A DNA stretch of 63,927 nucleotides, the filler included, from Octopus bimaculoides (Eukaryota): the NCBI RefSeq assembly GCF_001194135.2. It is 5 parts of 5 records of this genome, joined end to end, with 100 filler letters (N's around TTAATTAATTAA, not from the genome) between each part and the next. Parts side by side here need not be neighbours in the genome. Positions count along the whole stretch, not along the records: positions 21,700 to 44,933 come from NC_068985.1; positions 45,034 to 61,521 come from NC_068986.1; 3 more parts are not named here. One strand, given 5' to 3'. How positions within the stretch are numbered: position 1 is the first letter of the stretch; each line of letters opens with the position of its first letter. The translations under genes were made by a program, and so were the position numbers. The notes beneath the pieces were generated by a model. That model was not told the origin of the DNA. It saw only the letters and a program-made list of their open reading frames with translations, and made no database searches. This document shows, piece after piece, positions 37,103 through 50,536 of the stretch.

Positions 37103-37770
37103 AACCGGCTGATAAGGGTGGAGCCGTGGTGGTATGGTGCGCGGACCTCTACAAGGCCGAGGCTGTCCGCCAACTTCGAGATACCTCATTCTACCGCCCT
37201 CTGCCCTCCGACCCCACGCCCAGCTACCAACAGCTACCAATTCCTTACACCCACCACCCACTCCTACCCACATACCCCACCCCTGCCTCTACCCCACACT
37301 CAGCCTAACCCACAGTCCACCCATGCCTTCCCCACCTCCCAACACCCTCACATCACATCACACCAATACCCTCGCATCACACCACGAACACACTACAACT
37401 GACCAACTCCTTTCTCCCCACCCCATTTTCACACTACATACGTCAAGATCACCAGCATTCTATCTCCCACACACAGCCCCTCGTTCTTCGATCACCGTTT
37501 GTTATCTCCCCCTTTTCTTAGCTCTCCTGACAAAAGAATTTCTAACTTCCGGTCAGCCATTATTTGCCATTATTATGATTGACCGTTGACTGAACACTAT
37601 TCAATTTTTTTTCTCCGTGTTTTTCTCCTTGTCTCCGTATTCTTTCTGTTGAAGAGCGTAGCTCGAAACGTCAAAGACTTTCCGTATTCCTGAGCGTCAT
37701 ACTAATACATCCTTTTGTTATTTACACCACCTGTCCTCGTCTGTTGTTGTTTTTTCGTACATTCTCCCAT
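37103..37770 (+). mobile_element. Penelope-like element remnant (RT N-terminal motif plus terminal repeat)
   Basis: PADKGGAVVVWCADLYKAEAVRQLRDTSFYRPLPSDPT matches the PLE motif KPADKG...VV....Y......QL.D...Y..L..DPT; hammerhead-like tail at 37641-37677. Confidence 0.85.
37641..37677 (+). ncRNA. Minimal type I hammerhead-like motif, variant core
   Basis: Stem I TCTTT/AAAGA, core CTGTTGAA, stem II GAG/CTC, GAAA, palindromic ACGT stem III, GUC triplet. Confidence 0.5.
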
Positions 37771-38217
37771 ATATATATATATATATATANNNNNNNNNNN
37801 NNNNNNNNNNNNNNNNNNNNNNNNNNNNNNNNNNNNNNNNNNNNNNNNNNNNNNNNNNNNNNNNNNNNNNNNNNNNNNNNNNNNNNNNNNNNNNNNNNNN
37901 NNNNNNNNNNNNNNNNNNNNNNNNNNNNNNNNNNNNNNNNNNNNNNNNNNNNNNNNNNNNNNNNNNNNNNNNNNNNNNNNNNNNNNNNNNNNNNNNNNNN
38001 NNNNNNNNNNNNNNNNNNNNNNNNNNNNNNNNNNNNNNNNNNNNNNNNNNNNNNNNNNNNNNNNNNNNNNNNNNNNNNNNNNNNNNNNNNNNNNNNNNNN
38101 NNNNNNNNNNNNNNNNNNNNNNNNNNNNNNNNNNNNNNNNNNNNNNNNNNNNNNNNNNNNNNNNNNNNNNNNNNNNNNNNNNNNNNNNNNNNNNNNNNNN
38201 NNNNNNNNNNNNNNNNN

Positions 38218-38504
38218 ACTCCACAGACACGTGTACCCTTAACGTAGTTCTCGGGGATATTCAGCGTGACACAGTGTGACAAGGCTGACCCTTTGACTTA
38301 CAGGCACAACAGAGACAGGAAGTAAGACTGAGAGAAAGTTGTGGTGAAAAAGTACAGCAGGGTTCGCCACCATCCCCTGCCGGAGCCTCGTAGAGCTTTA
38401 GGTGTTTTTGCTCAATAAACACACACAACGCCCGGTCTGGGAATCGAAACCGCGATCCTATGACCGCGAGCCCGCTGCCCTAACCACTGGGCCATTGCGC
38501 ATCC
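38218..38504 (-). mobile_element. Family C SINE inserted into a LINE ORF1
   Basis: Nearly identical to the 5' ~290 nt of the element at 32844-33233; its 3' part runs into the N gap. Confidence 0.88.
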
Positions 38505-39341
38505 ACGGACCGTTACAGTTAAGACAGCAAAAAGCAGTAGAGGTACAGTTGTTGAATCTGTGAGATGAAGATGAGCACCTGGAATAAGCAAAGAAATCGT
38601 TGTTTTTGGGGCAGTCTATTGTAAAATGATTTTCAAGGACAAAGCAGTAACAAACTGTATCATCCACATAAGCTTCAGGTTGAATATTTTTAGGAAGGGT
38701 AAGATGAAACAGGAGGAGACTATCCAGTTGGACTATTTGCGACATTTCCTGTGAATCAAAGACGACTTTAATTGTCTGAGAGTTTGGTATCTTGTAAACG
38801 TCCTTTATTGTTATTCCAAGGTTGTTGTTTTCAATTTCATACTTCATTTTGGAGGGGTCGTGATTAGTGATTAGAAGATCACAGCGAGAGAAAGAGATTG
38901 AGAGGCACTGTTCGTTTGGCTTTGATAGAAATGAGTAGTACCGGTGCACATTTAATTGTAGAAAGGGAATTTATGCCAGAGGCACTGAATATTTTATCGG
39001 CATCTATATTTTCATGATAGGACACTAGAAAACCATTCTTTTGATTTTTAATATAAGAGCATTTCCCACCACTACAATGAAAGATCTTCAAAATTGCTGT
39101 GGGAGATATATAGAATTTGTTTCACTTTTTATTTTGATGATGGACACTGTTATGATGATGACTACTATTATTAAGAACTCATTTTGAATTTCGGAAAATT
39201 TCACGTTAAAACAAATTTAAATAGTATCTTAAAAGCAGCGAACTCGGAATTCGGATATTAATTTCGACACTCGGATGCGAGACGTTATCACAAGATCACA
39301 GCGAGGGCAAAAAGCGAACTGGGTAACTTACAGATGTAATG
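38505..39341 (-). mobile_element. I/Jockey-group LINE 5' UTR and ORF1 remnant with three degenerate zinc knuckles
   Basis: CYCFVLENHFTIDC, YSRCSSSSHRFNNC and CLNCNGP in ORF 38458-38949; frameshifted upstream; putative 5' end CATTAC at ~39341. Confidence 0.7.
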
Positions 39342-39764
39342 GCTCGACGGAGAATCAGTCCTTTTCTGCACTGTGCTTTTTACTTTTTTTTCTCACTCCA
39401 AACATAGATCCGTGAAGTAGATAAAAAACATGAGACCGTATAATAATAAAATAAAATCCTTTCTATTTCTCAATGAGAAAATTTATCGTTATGTGTTCAG
39501 AGAACTGAATTGTATAATATGAATAATGACAATATTTTACGCACAGATATCAGATTTTTCTCCAAGCATAAATATTTATACGTTTCTATGAATTTCATTA
39601 GCTTCCATGCTTCAGTCATGAGAGAAATATTTTTATAAGCGAATTAGATAAATCATACTCTTGCAGGTCAGATATTTGGGTTTTTACTCTTTCTTGTTAG
39701 AGAAAAACAGGACGTGTCTAATGTAGTAGAGAGCAAGCAGTGTAAGCGGTGGAAGCTCTCTTTA

Positions 39765-39998
39765 ACATTACAATAAAATACATTAAAACAGAAACAGACC
39801 CCATAAAGTTCAAGAAATCTTTCGACAAATTTTTTTGAGAAAGCCGAGTTAAACCTCCTACACCCGGATATGTATCAGTAAACACTAACTCTCTACTTGA
39901 TTGGGCCATGACGTCAGGATCCTGATTTCAATGACTTTGCTAGGTGGTGCTATTAAGTTAGACATGGGCTGGGCCAATACTGGCCGAAACTTATCACA
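39765..39998 (+). mobile_element. CR1 3' tail, same family as 22950-23945
   Basis: ctttaacattaca..aaaatacattaaaacagaaacagacc...ggtggtgctattaagttagaca...ggccgaaac matches 23690-23930. Confidence 0.85.
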
Positions 39999-40013
39999 GT
40001 ATATATATATATA

Positions 40014-40082
<69 letters not shown>

Positions 40083-40723
40083 NNNNNNNNNNNNNNNNNN
40101 NNNNNNNNNNNNNNNNNNNNNNNNNNNNNNNNNNNNNNNNNNNNNNNNNNNNNNNNNNNNNNNNNNNNNNNNNNNNNNNNNNNNNNNNNNNNNNNNNNNN
40201 NNNNNNNNNNNNNNNNNNNNNNNNNNNNNNNNNNNNNNNNNNNNNNNNNNNNNNNNNNNNNNNNNNNNNNNNNNNNNNNNNNNNNNNNNNNNNNNNNNNN
40301 NNNNNNNNNNNNNNNNNNNNNNNNNNNNNNNNNNNNNNNNNNNNNNNNNNNNNNNNNNNNNNNNNNNNNNNNNNNNNNNNNNNNNNNNNNNNNNNNNNNN
40401 NNNNNNNATATATATATAATGTAAAATTACAAGGTACTGCGCGAGTGAAAATATATAGGAAAGATGGTTTGCAAATGCATAGGTCTTTTAAAGATGTATA
40501 TTTATATATATATATATATATCAAAGCTCCCGAAGAACCCAACACTCAGACAAATACAGGAGTACGTCTTCATAAATGAAATATCCCCAGTCCTATATAG
40601 GAAATATACGTAAGGAGTAGCCATACGCTAATACTGACAGTTTATATATGCAAAGTTAGGGTTGTTAGCAGGTTGTTATGTAGGCGTATATATATGTATG
40701 CATATATGTGGATGTATGTATAC

Positions 40724-40761
<38 letters not shown>

Positions 40762-41294
40762 GTGTGTATATATTTATATTTATATGTATTATATGTGTGT
40801 GTGTGTGGGTAGGTAAATGTATATGTAAGTAAATAGATAGCTAAACAGATAGTTAGGTACATAGATAATACAGACAGACAAGCAAATACACACACACATT
40901 CATACATACATACAGATATGAAGACTGAAACATATGACCATATACACACACGCACAATTCCCCGCCACACACAAGGGCACATATGGAGACGTACATGCAT
41001 GCATATGCTTATACACATGCACACCGACGCACACACATGCGCACAAGCAAACAAACAAACAAGCAAAGAAACAAGCAAAAAAAAAATGCAGCTCTGGTAA
41101 GGGACAGAGTCAACGACTCTTGAAAAGGTTGTAAGACGCAACGAAACTTTTTGAGAAAATAAATAATTGGAAATCGAGCCGGTGAGTTGAATAATGATTT
41201 CTAAAGAATAAAAAAGTTTTGAATGGTACAACAATGCACTATAATTCAAACAATGGGCTATATACCTGTTGTAATTTAGTCATCCATAGTCTGA

Positions 41295-41508
41295 CCTAAT
41301 ATTTTTGCCACAAGGGCAACTTGGAGGAGTAGATTAAATCGATTATATCGACCCCAGTGCGTAACTGGTACTTATTTAATCGACTCCGAAGGGATGAAAG
41401 GTCAAGTCAACCTCGAGGAATTTGAACTCAGAACCTGGCAGTAAGACGAAATAGCGCTAAGCATTTCGTTCGGCGTGCTAACGATTCTGCCAGCTCGCTG
41501 CCTTTAAG
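41295..41508 (-). mobile_element. Family A SINE next to a long (TAA)n run
   Basis: Full-length minus copy; (TAA)n at 41532-41594 lies at its head. Confidence 0.85.
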
Positions 41509-41530
41509 AGTGTGATAAATAATAAGGCAC

Positions 41531-41594
<64 letters not shown>

Positions 41595-42412
41595 NNNNNN
41601 NNNNNNNNNNNNNNNNNNNNNNNNNNNNNNNNNNNNNNNNNNNNNNNNNNNNNNNNNNNNNNNNNNNNNNNNNNNNNNNNNNNNNNNNNNNNNNNNNNNN
41701 NNNNNNNNNNNNNNNNNNNNNNNNNNNNNNNNNNNNNNNNNNNNNNNNNNNNNNNNNNNNNNNNNNNNNNNNNNNNNNNNNNNNNNNNNNNNNNNNNNNN
41801 NNNNNNNNNNNNNNNNNNNNNNNNNNNNNNNNNNNNNNNNNNNNNNNNNNNNNNNNNNNNNNNNNNNNNNNNNNNNNNNNNNNNNNNNNNNNNNNNNNNN
41901 NNNNNNNNNNNNNNNNNNNNNNNNNNNNNNNNNNNNNNNNNNNNNNNNNNNNNNNNNNNNNNNNNNNNNNNNNNNNNNNNNNNNNNNNNNNNNNNNNNNN
42001 NNNNNNNNNNNNNNNNNNNNNNNNNNNNNNNNNNNNNNNNNNNNNNNNNNNNNNNNNNNNNNNNNNNNNNNNNNNNNNNNNNNNNNNNNNNNNNNNNNNN
42101 NNNNNNNNNNNNNNNNNNNNNNNNNNNNNNNNNNNNNNNNNNNNNNNNNNNNNNNNNNNNNNNNNNNNNNNNNNNNNNNNNNNNNNNNNNNNNNNNNNNN
42201 NNNNNNNNNNNNNNNNNNNNNNNNNNNNNNNNNNNNNNNNNNNNNNNNNNNNNNNNNNNNNNNNNNNNNNNNNNNNNNNNNNNNNNNNNNNNNNNNNNNN
42301 NNNNNNNNNNNNNNNNNNNNNNNNNNNNNNNNNNNNNNNNNNNNNNNNNNNNNNNNNNNNNNNNNNNNNNNNNNNNNNNNNNNNNNNNNNNNNNNNNNNN
42401 NNNNNNNNNNNN

Positions 42413-42464
<52 letters not shown>

Positions 42465-43770
42465 ATCTAACAGAAACTGTAACGATGTTGCAGCTGAAAA
42501 TGTCTCAGAAAAATTAATGAAGGCATATTGGATTTTATAATCCTATTTGTATGTGTTTCAACGGAAATAAATTCAAAATTCAAACTCCATAGTATGCTAT
42601 TAGTCCGCCGAAGTGCTTCACCGGGCTTTCTTTTCATTATGACTCATCGTCTTTGTTTATCAGAAAATGCTCAACTAACCTGTACCCCCCTCTCACATAC
42701 ACACACACAGTCTTCCGCAGGACAATGAGTGGCTCTGTCACGATTTCCATGCTTGAAGCATCACTCTCGAATCTCATTTACTTCAAAACACACCGCGTAT
42801 GAGAATGCGGGATACAATCTACTTAAGTCGTCACACGGTTCTTCCTATAACTTAGACCCCCACCTCATTCCACAGAAAACTAATATGTTTTCGAATGTTC
42901 GAGGATGTGCTCGATCAAGTTTGACGTAAGCCGATGCAACAAATAAAGAGACGCATTTTTAAACCAGGTTAAATACTACAAACAAAAAACCTGGAGTCAA
43001 CGAAGAAGCCCTTACTTGGTCGTTCGTTTTGCTAGAAATACCAGTCACATCATCCATATATTACACCTATAGTATAATAAAATAAAACAAGAATGTAATG
43101 GACATAGTATTGATGACCCTTACCCATATGCGTGTATAAATGCTTGTTAAGGGTGGAATATCTTTGTTCGTCTTCGATCGTATATTTTCCAACCTATTTA
43201 GCAATCTACTAAGAGCTATTTGACTATTCACATTTCTAAGTAAATATCCATGAAAACAACGTACGCTTGTACATACGTCAGTATGCGTATAATAGGTATG
43301 CATATAGTATGCACATATATATGTATATAATGAGCGTATATTGAATGATGCGCGTATAATGTATGCGTGGATAAATACATTCATATATGGATGTGTGTGT
43401 TTATGAAGCTATATATATGTTTAAGTGTGTCTGAAACACTCGACTTACTAAGGTATGGGTTTGAGGTGTAAATGAGGTCAAATACTTCAAATTGTTATGT
43501 AGAGAGTTTATGAGCATTATAAAGGAATATTAAAATGTGCAGTAACCATTCCACTAATTCGTATCCTATACTAGAGCGTAATTCATAGAGCGTGATCAAC
43601 GCGTGTACGTAATATAAACACCTGGTAATGTTAGCAGGTAAATAACGTCTAAGTATTGATTCGGTCGCAAACCTTTCGCTTCATTTATAACTTTAATCAA
43701 CTTAGTAAAAGAGGGACCACATTGTTTAACATTTCACCAAGGTATAGCCTGTAACTCCAATTTTTTATAA

Positions 43771-43973
43771 GGCAGGAGTGGCTGTGTGGTAAGTAGCTTG
43801 CTTCCCATTCACATGGTTCCCGGTTCAGTCCCACTGCATAGTACCTTGGATAAGTGATATCTACTATAGTCTCGGGCCGACCAAAGCCTTATGAGTGTAT
43901 TTGGTAGATGGAAACTGAAAGAAGCCCAACGTTTATGTATATATATATGTGTGTGTGTTGTGCGTGTGTGGTG

Positions 43974-44017
<44 letters not shown>

Positions 44018-44230
44018 GGTGTGTCTGTGCTTGTTCCGCCACCATCGCTTTGAGAACCGATGCTGGTGTGTTTACGTTCCCGTAACTTAGCGGTTCGGAA
44101 AGAGCAGCCGATAGAATAGGTACTAGACTTACAAAGAATAAGTCCTGGAGTCGATTTGTTCGACTAAAGGCGGTGCTCCAGCATGGCGAGCAACAGTCAA
44201 ATGATTGAACCAAGTAAAAGAGTACAAGAG
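43771..44230 (+). mobile_element. Family B SINE, full-length
   Basis: ggcaggagtggctgtgtggtaag head, gggttcagtccc B-box-like, internal (TA)n(TG)n, 3' module ending caagtaaaag. Confidence 0.88.
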
Positions 44231-44933
44231 CAAATGAGTATATACACATATGCACATATACATGTATATGGATATATNNNNNNNNNNNNNNNNNNNNNNN
44301 NNNNNNNNNNNNNNNNNNNNNNNNNNNNNNNNNNNNNNNNNNNNNNNNNNNNNNNNNNNNNNNNNNNNNNNNNNNNNNNNNNNNNNNNNNNNNTATATAT
44401 ATATATATATGTAACTGTGTGTGTATATACCTATTTTTCTATCTTCGATCGCATTGTTTAAATAATGCTGGTATTAATTTCTGTAGAAGGTCGGTTGAGA
44501 TAAAGCAAACAATTATTTCAGTGGCACTGCTAACACAGGATGAAGCCTTTGATATACTTTGATATAAATTAGAGCTGCATAATGAAATACGGTGGCCCTA
44601 TCAACGATTAATATGTATGTACCATTTGGCAGAAAAGTGTTTAATAAGTAATATTGTTATACCTCTATATTTGGTAGTTATTTAAGCAATGTGTTCCAGG
44701 ATGGTTAATGGGTTGGATGCAACGCCGAAGAAAGAGCAAGAACTCCTGAAATGTGCATATACACCCATCACCTATGTTTTTATCTTCGATCGCATCGTTT
44801 AACTGGAAGTATTCGTATTCAAAATGGCGTAAGAAAACAGGGGTGGCTCTATTTCTTCTGAAAATCATTATAGATAACTTTCAAAAGTCACACACATACA
44901 CACACACTCACATGTATATATATATATATATAT

Positions 44934-45033
44934 NNNNNNNNNNNNNNNNNNNNNNNNNNNNNNNNNNNNNNNNNNNNTTAATTAATTAANNNNNNNNNNN
45001 NNNNNNNNNNNNNNNNNNNNNNNNNNNNNNNNN
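44934..45033. other. Assembly spacer N44-TTAATTAATTAA-N44
   Basis: Same 100-bp structure as 21600-21699. Confidence 0.95.
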
Positions 45034-45101
45034 GAATTTAGGTGGTGGAAACTGAAAAGAAACTCTTCATGCATAGATATGTGTGTGTCTGAGAGAGAGA
45101 T

Positions 45102-45152
<51 letters not shown>

Positions 45153-46384
45153 GTGTTTCTGTCTCCTTGACATCATGTCACCCTGGACATCATATGCTAA
45201 TCATAAGCAATCCTCACAGTTCAACAAGTGGTACACTTCTATATTTAAGAGATGAGGAATTATGTACATTATTTACATTTGACGGATATTTGTCCTCATC
45301 TTGTTTGTTGTTAACACAGCATTTTGGCTGATGTACCCTGCAGCCTTTGTTTATAATTTCCTACAAAAACATGTTTGGATTAGAGAAAAGCATTGCCTTG
45401 CTTGGAAACATGTGACCAGCCATAAAGAATCTGCCTCAATGAAACCTATCTGACCCATGCCAGCAGGGAAAAATAGATGTTAAATGGTGATGATGATGAG
45501 ACAGGCAGGCAGACAGAGGAGCAGAAGTGATGTAATGATACCAATTGTGTCAAGAATATGGTTGTAGAGGAATGTACTTCAGTTGAACAGTCTATACACA
45601 AACTCCATATATGGTAGTCTTTCATATTACATGATATAAGGAGTTGAAAAACAGTAATGAACTAATATTATCTAAATGATTAGTAGGTAAAAACTCCCGC
45701 TAACGGGGTTAAATCTGAAAACAAAAATCAATGGACAGAACACGAATCATCATGATCATCATCATCATCATCATTATTGTTTTATGTCCATCTTCCATGC
45801 TGGGTCAGATTAAATATAATATTCCTACAAATGGAGATCTTTGTTTTGTGAAATGAGTGGGCAACAGTACTTTGCTGAAGAGATGTAATAAGACCAAAAC
45901 ATGTCCATTGCTTTGACCATTAGTTTAAAGTCAAGATCCACTCCAGTCTACATTGTCTGTTATTTTCATAAATTTTAATGAATTGATCTTACTAAATTAT
46001 CTTCCTTGCATGTTTTCTTTTTAAATTTTAACCAGTACCTGTAGAGGGAGTTTTTATCTATTAGTCACTTAGATAATCTTTGTTTATTAAAGTTTATCAA
46101 CTTGCTATATTACACATATGAGAGCTTATTGTACTTTCTGTATTAGCTGTCAAAATTATTCACCCACACCTGTCAATGAGCAGAGGAAAAACACCTGTTG
46201 AATTGACTCTTAAGGGAAAGGAAGACAACTTTGAATAATTAGAATGCAATTTCCTGCACATATAACATACTGTGAGACCCTCCTGTATTTATTCATAGTG
46301 TGTAGAACATTATTACTCATCGTATCAAACAGTTGGTGTGCTGACGAACACAGACACAAAGACACACACATTCACAGATATATA

Positions 46385-46830
46385 CCATCATCATCATCGT
46401 TTAACGTCTGTTTTCCATGCTGGTATGGGTTAGACGGTTCAGCTGGGGTCTGGGAAGCCAGGAGGCTGCACCAGACTCCAGTCTGATCTGGCAGAGTTTC
46501 TACAGCTGGATGCCCTTCCTAACACCAGCCACTCCAAGAGTGTAGTGGGTGCTCTTTTATGTGTCTCCGGCACAGGGGCCAGAGGAGGCTGGCATCGACC
46601 ACGATCGGTTGGTGCTTTTTACGTGCCACTAGCACAGGGATCACTATTACAATTTCCATTTGATTTGCATTTTGATGTTGATGTACTTGACTCAATAGGT
46701 CTCCTCAAGCATGGCATGTCACCCTACGATCCAAGGAACTTTGAGTGGGCTGGTTATTTGACACTGGTATGGGTTACACTTTATTTGTGAACTCACTTTA
46801 TTTGCCAGGTCTTCTTAGTCAACATATCTC
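46385..46830 (-). mobile_element. Family D SINE-like repeat with (GAT)n tail, nested in a family B copy (46320-47255)
   Basis: Minus strand ggaagggcatccagctgtagaaactctgccagatcag...gacgttaaacgatgatgatg; also at 50320, 51790 and 58305. Confidence 0.75.
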
Positions 46831-48414
46831 CAGAGGTCTTGGTTTATATATATATAATATAAATAGAATATAAATATATGCATATATACATACATATATG
46901 TACATACCTACATATATATGTATATATACATGCATATATGGGTACAGGACATAAAAAAAAACGTAGACAAAATGAGAAATGGGAACATAAAATATAAAAA
47001 CATAGAAAATGAACTTTTTCTCAAGCAACAAATGAAACAAGCAGAGAAATGAAGACAGGCAACACAAAGAACATTCCCTTCATCAGTTGTCCCCTGTTTT
47101 GTCTACTCCATGTTTCGAAGGTTGAGATATATATATACATATAAAGTCAGCTCGAGGCTATAATAGAAGACACTTGCCCAAGGTGCCATGCAGTAGGACT
47201 GAACCCAGAGCCATGTGGTTGGAAAGCAAGCTTCTTGCCACACAGCTACGCCTGTGCTTATGATATCAACCTGCTAACACCTTTTGATATCAACCTGCTT
47301 GAGATCAACCCTAGCTCTATTTGAAAGTAATCTAAGTTAAGTGATCTTAATTAATCCTCTCATTAAAATTACAAGTTAATTTAAGTTGCAAAGACCAGAT
47401 TCATGACTAAATAATGTTATTAAATTTCACCTTATCTTCTAGACACAAATCGTGTATTTCAGCAGAAATATGATAACCATAGGGTTAAAGGGGCTGACAG
47501 CAAGCATCTTGTAAAGATGAGGATTCATAAAGTGAAATCCTAGAATGCTACCAGCTGGCCCCTCAAATTCTGATGATATAAGAAAATGGTCGCAATGCAT
47601 ATGATCACCTGATGTAGGTAAATGGAGGTCTGAAACACAGATCTGCTGAATTAACTAGAATTAGTTAGAACTAGATAAGAAGGGTGATACAGAGGGAAAA
47701 TATCAATGAATAAGTTATAATGTGGTTATTTAAAAGCTAGAAATAGCAGCCAAATATCATCTCACTGAAATCACATCTGCTATGTTAGGAAAGAAATGCA
47801 CACCCTGAATAATGTAGTCCTCTACATTAATAGATCGTTGGCTGTTATTTCTAGCAACTTGGGTGTCTAAGGAAATGAACCATTGTTGGTTACTGTATTC
47901 TTACTAATACATCATAATGGCAGGACATTAAGCTTGTTAGTTCATCAAGCTCGTTATCTAGTAATATAAATTAATTGAATTTTTAATGTCTTAATTCAGG
48001 GCTGAAGGACAGACAAGGAACAGAGCTTTACTTATGACCTTTGGTACAACCAGTAAATATGAACAGAGGCAAGGAGGAAGTTGTCTTCGATGCTAATGTG
48101 ACCATAAAAGACTTAACAAAAGAATATCCGTTTTGAATATCTTAAGAAATTGAACCAATGATTAACATACATGTGATGGTAGCCAGTTCACAGATGGGAT
48201 TACACTGTGCATTGTATGCTAACTCAGTAATTACAATACAGAATAAGCATCCTGTCAACCAATAACATTCCAAAATACCAATCCTACAGAAGTCTGGGAG
48301 TGTTTCAGGTAGGAGGAGCAGATAATAGTTTCTATTATAGTTAATTGCAGGGTCAAAATAATTTCTTGAAATGGAGATTATACTATGTATGCCTAGCTAC
48401 ATATACAGTTGTTT

Positions 48415-48446
<32 letters not shown>

Positions 48447-48749
48447 TTTATTGTTGTTTTTTGCCTCAGGTCAACGTTTTTACAGATCTATAATCAAAGG
48501 AAGTCCAGCTAAGACCAACCAGCATTTTCTAGGATGGTAGGGAGATTTGTTAGCTCTTTCTTCGGGTTGAGAAACACTGTAAAGGCTCCCTCATTATGCA
48601 ATGCAAATATTTATGTATATACATATATATGTATGTATATATATGCATTTGTGCACATGATTACTATGCGAGAACCGTTAAGTTACTGGACATAAACACA
48701 CCAACATCGATTGTCAAGCGATGGTGGGGGCACAAACACAGTCATAAAA

Positions 48750-48820
<71 letters not shown>

Positions 48821-49544
48821 NNNNNNNNNNNNNNNNNNNNNNNNNNNNNNNNNNNNNNNNNNNNNNNNNNNNNNNNNNNNNNNNNNNNNNNNNNNNNNNN
48901 NNNNNNNNNNNNNNNNNNNNNNNNNNNNNNNNNNNNNNNNNNNNNNNNNNNNNNNNNNNNNNNNNNNNNNNNNNNNNNNNNNNNNNNNNNNNNNNNNNNN
49001 NNNNNNNNNNNNNNNNNNNNNNNNNNNNNNNNNNNNNNNNNNNNNNNNNNNNNNNNNNNNNNNNNNNNNNNNNNNNNNNNNNNNNNNNNNNNNNNNNNNN
49101 NNNNNNNNNNNNNNNNNNNNNNNNNNNNNNNNNNNNNNNNNNNNNNNNNNNNNNNNNNNNNNNNNNNNNNNNNNNNNNNNNNNNNNNNNNNNNNNNNNNN
49201 NNNNNNNNNNNNNNNNNNNNNNNNNNNNNNNNNNNNNNNNNNNNNNNNNNNNNNNNNNNNNNNNNNNNNNNNNNNNNNNNNNNNNNNNNNNNNNNNNNNN
49301 NNNNNNNNNNNNNNNNNNNNNNNNNNNNNNNNNNNNNNNNNNNNNNNNNNNNNNNNNNNNNNNNNNNNNNNNNNNNNNNNNNNNNNNNNNNNNNNNNNNN
49401 NNNNNNNNNNNNNNNNNNNNNNNNNNNNNNNNNNNNNNNNNNNNNNNNNNNNNNNNNNNNNNNNNNNNNNNNNNNNNNNNNNNNNNNNNNNNNNNNNNNN
49501 NNNNNNNNNNGCTAAACATAGATGGGACAAACAAGGACAGACAA

Positions 49545-49722
49545 AGGGATTAAGTCAATTACATCGACCCCAGTGCGTAACTGGTACTTAATTTATCGAC
49601 TCCAAAAGGATGAAAGGCAAAGTCGACCTCGACGGAATTTGAACTCAGAACGTAACGGCAGATGAAATACCACTAAGCATTTCGCCCGGCATGCTAACGT
49701 TTCTGTCAGCTCGCCACCTTAG
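49545..49722 (-). mobile_element. Family A SINE with most CpGs retained
   Basis: Close to consensus; atcgacccc, gtcgacctcgacgg and ttcgcccggc are intact. Confidence 0.85.
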
Positions 49723-50205
49723 ATGGGCTTCTTACAGTTTCTGTCTATCAAATTTACTCACAAGGCTTTGGTTGGCCCAAGACTACAGTAGAAGACACTT
49801 GCCCAAGGTGCCATCCAGTGGGACTGAACCTGGAACCATATGGTTGGGAAGCAAACTTCCTACTACACAGCCACTCCTGCCCCTATCTATTTTTATATAC
49901 AGAAACACACACACACATCTATATATACTTACACAGTTGTGTGGTTAAGTAGCTTCCTTCCCAAACCATGTGGTTTCAGGTTCATTTCATTGTGCAGTCA
50001 CTTGGGCAATTGCCTTCTACTCTATTCTGGTCCTGTCTCAAATGAAACAAGTAACTCAAAGGGAACACAACGAGTCTGACCAGTTTGTTTTGATTTACAA
50101 AGAATGACTCAGTTTCTTCTCATGTCACAGATTCTTGTGGTTCTGTCAAACCATGGCATAGAGTCTTTTGTTTACTTTCAATTTGACATCACTTTCATTC
50201 TTCAT

Positions 50206-50260
<55 letters not shown>

Positions 50261-50536
50261 GTTTATGATATATATATATTCATGATATGTGTATATATTC
50301 ATGATATATATATATCATCATCATCATCATCATCATCATCCTCATTGTTTAACCTCCAATTTCCATGTTGGCATGGGTTGGATGGTTTGACTGAGGACTG
50401 GCAAGGCAGTAAACTGCACCAGGCTCTAATCTGATCAGGCAAAGTTTCTACAGCTGGATGCCCTTCCTAGTGCCTACTTAGGTAGATCAAGGAACTAGCT
50501 GTAAAGAAAAGCCGGACAGAGAAGATAAGAGAGAGA

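Noticed and set aside
46147-46237. Exon-like frame VKIIHPHLSMSRGKTPVELTLKGKEDNFE*
   Set aside because: Overlaps one arm of an old inverted repeat; probably chance.
47075-47112. GAAAC...CTGATGA permuted hammerhead (also 21830-21900)
   Set aside because: No complementary stem I between the cleavage triplet and the core.
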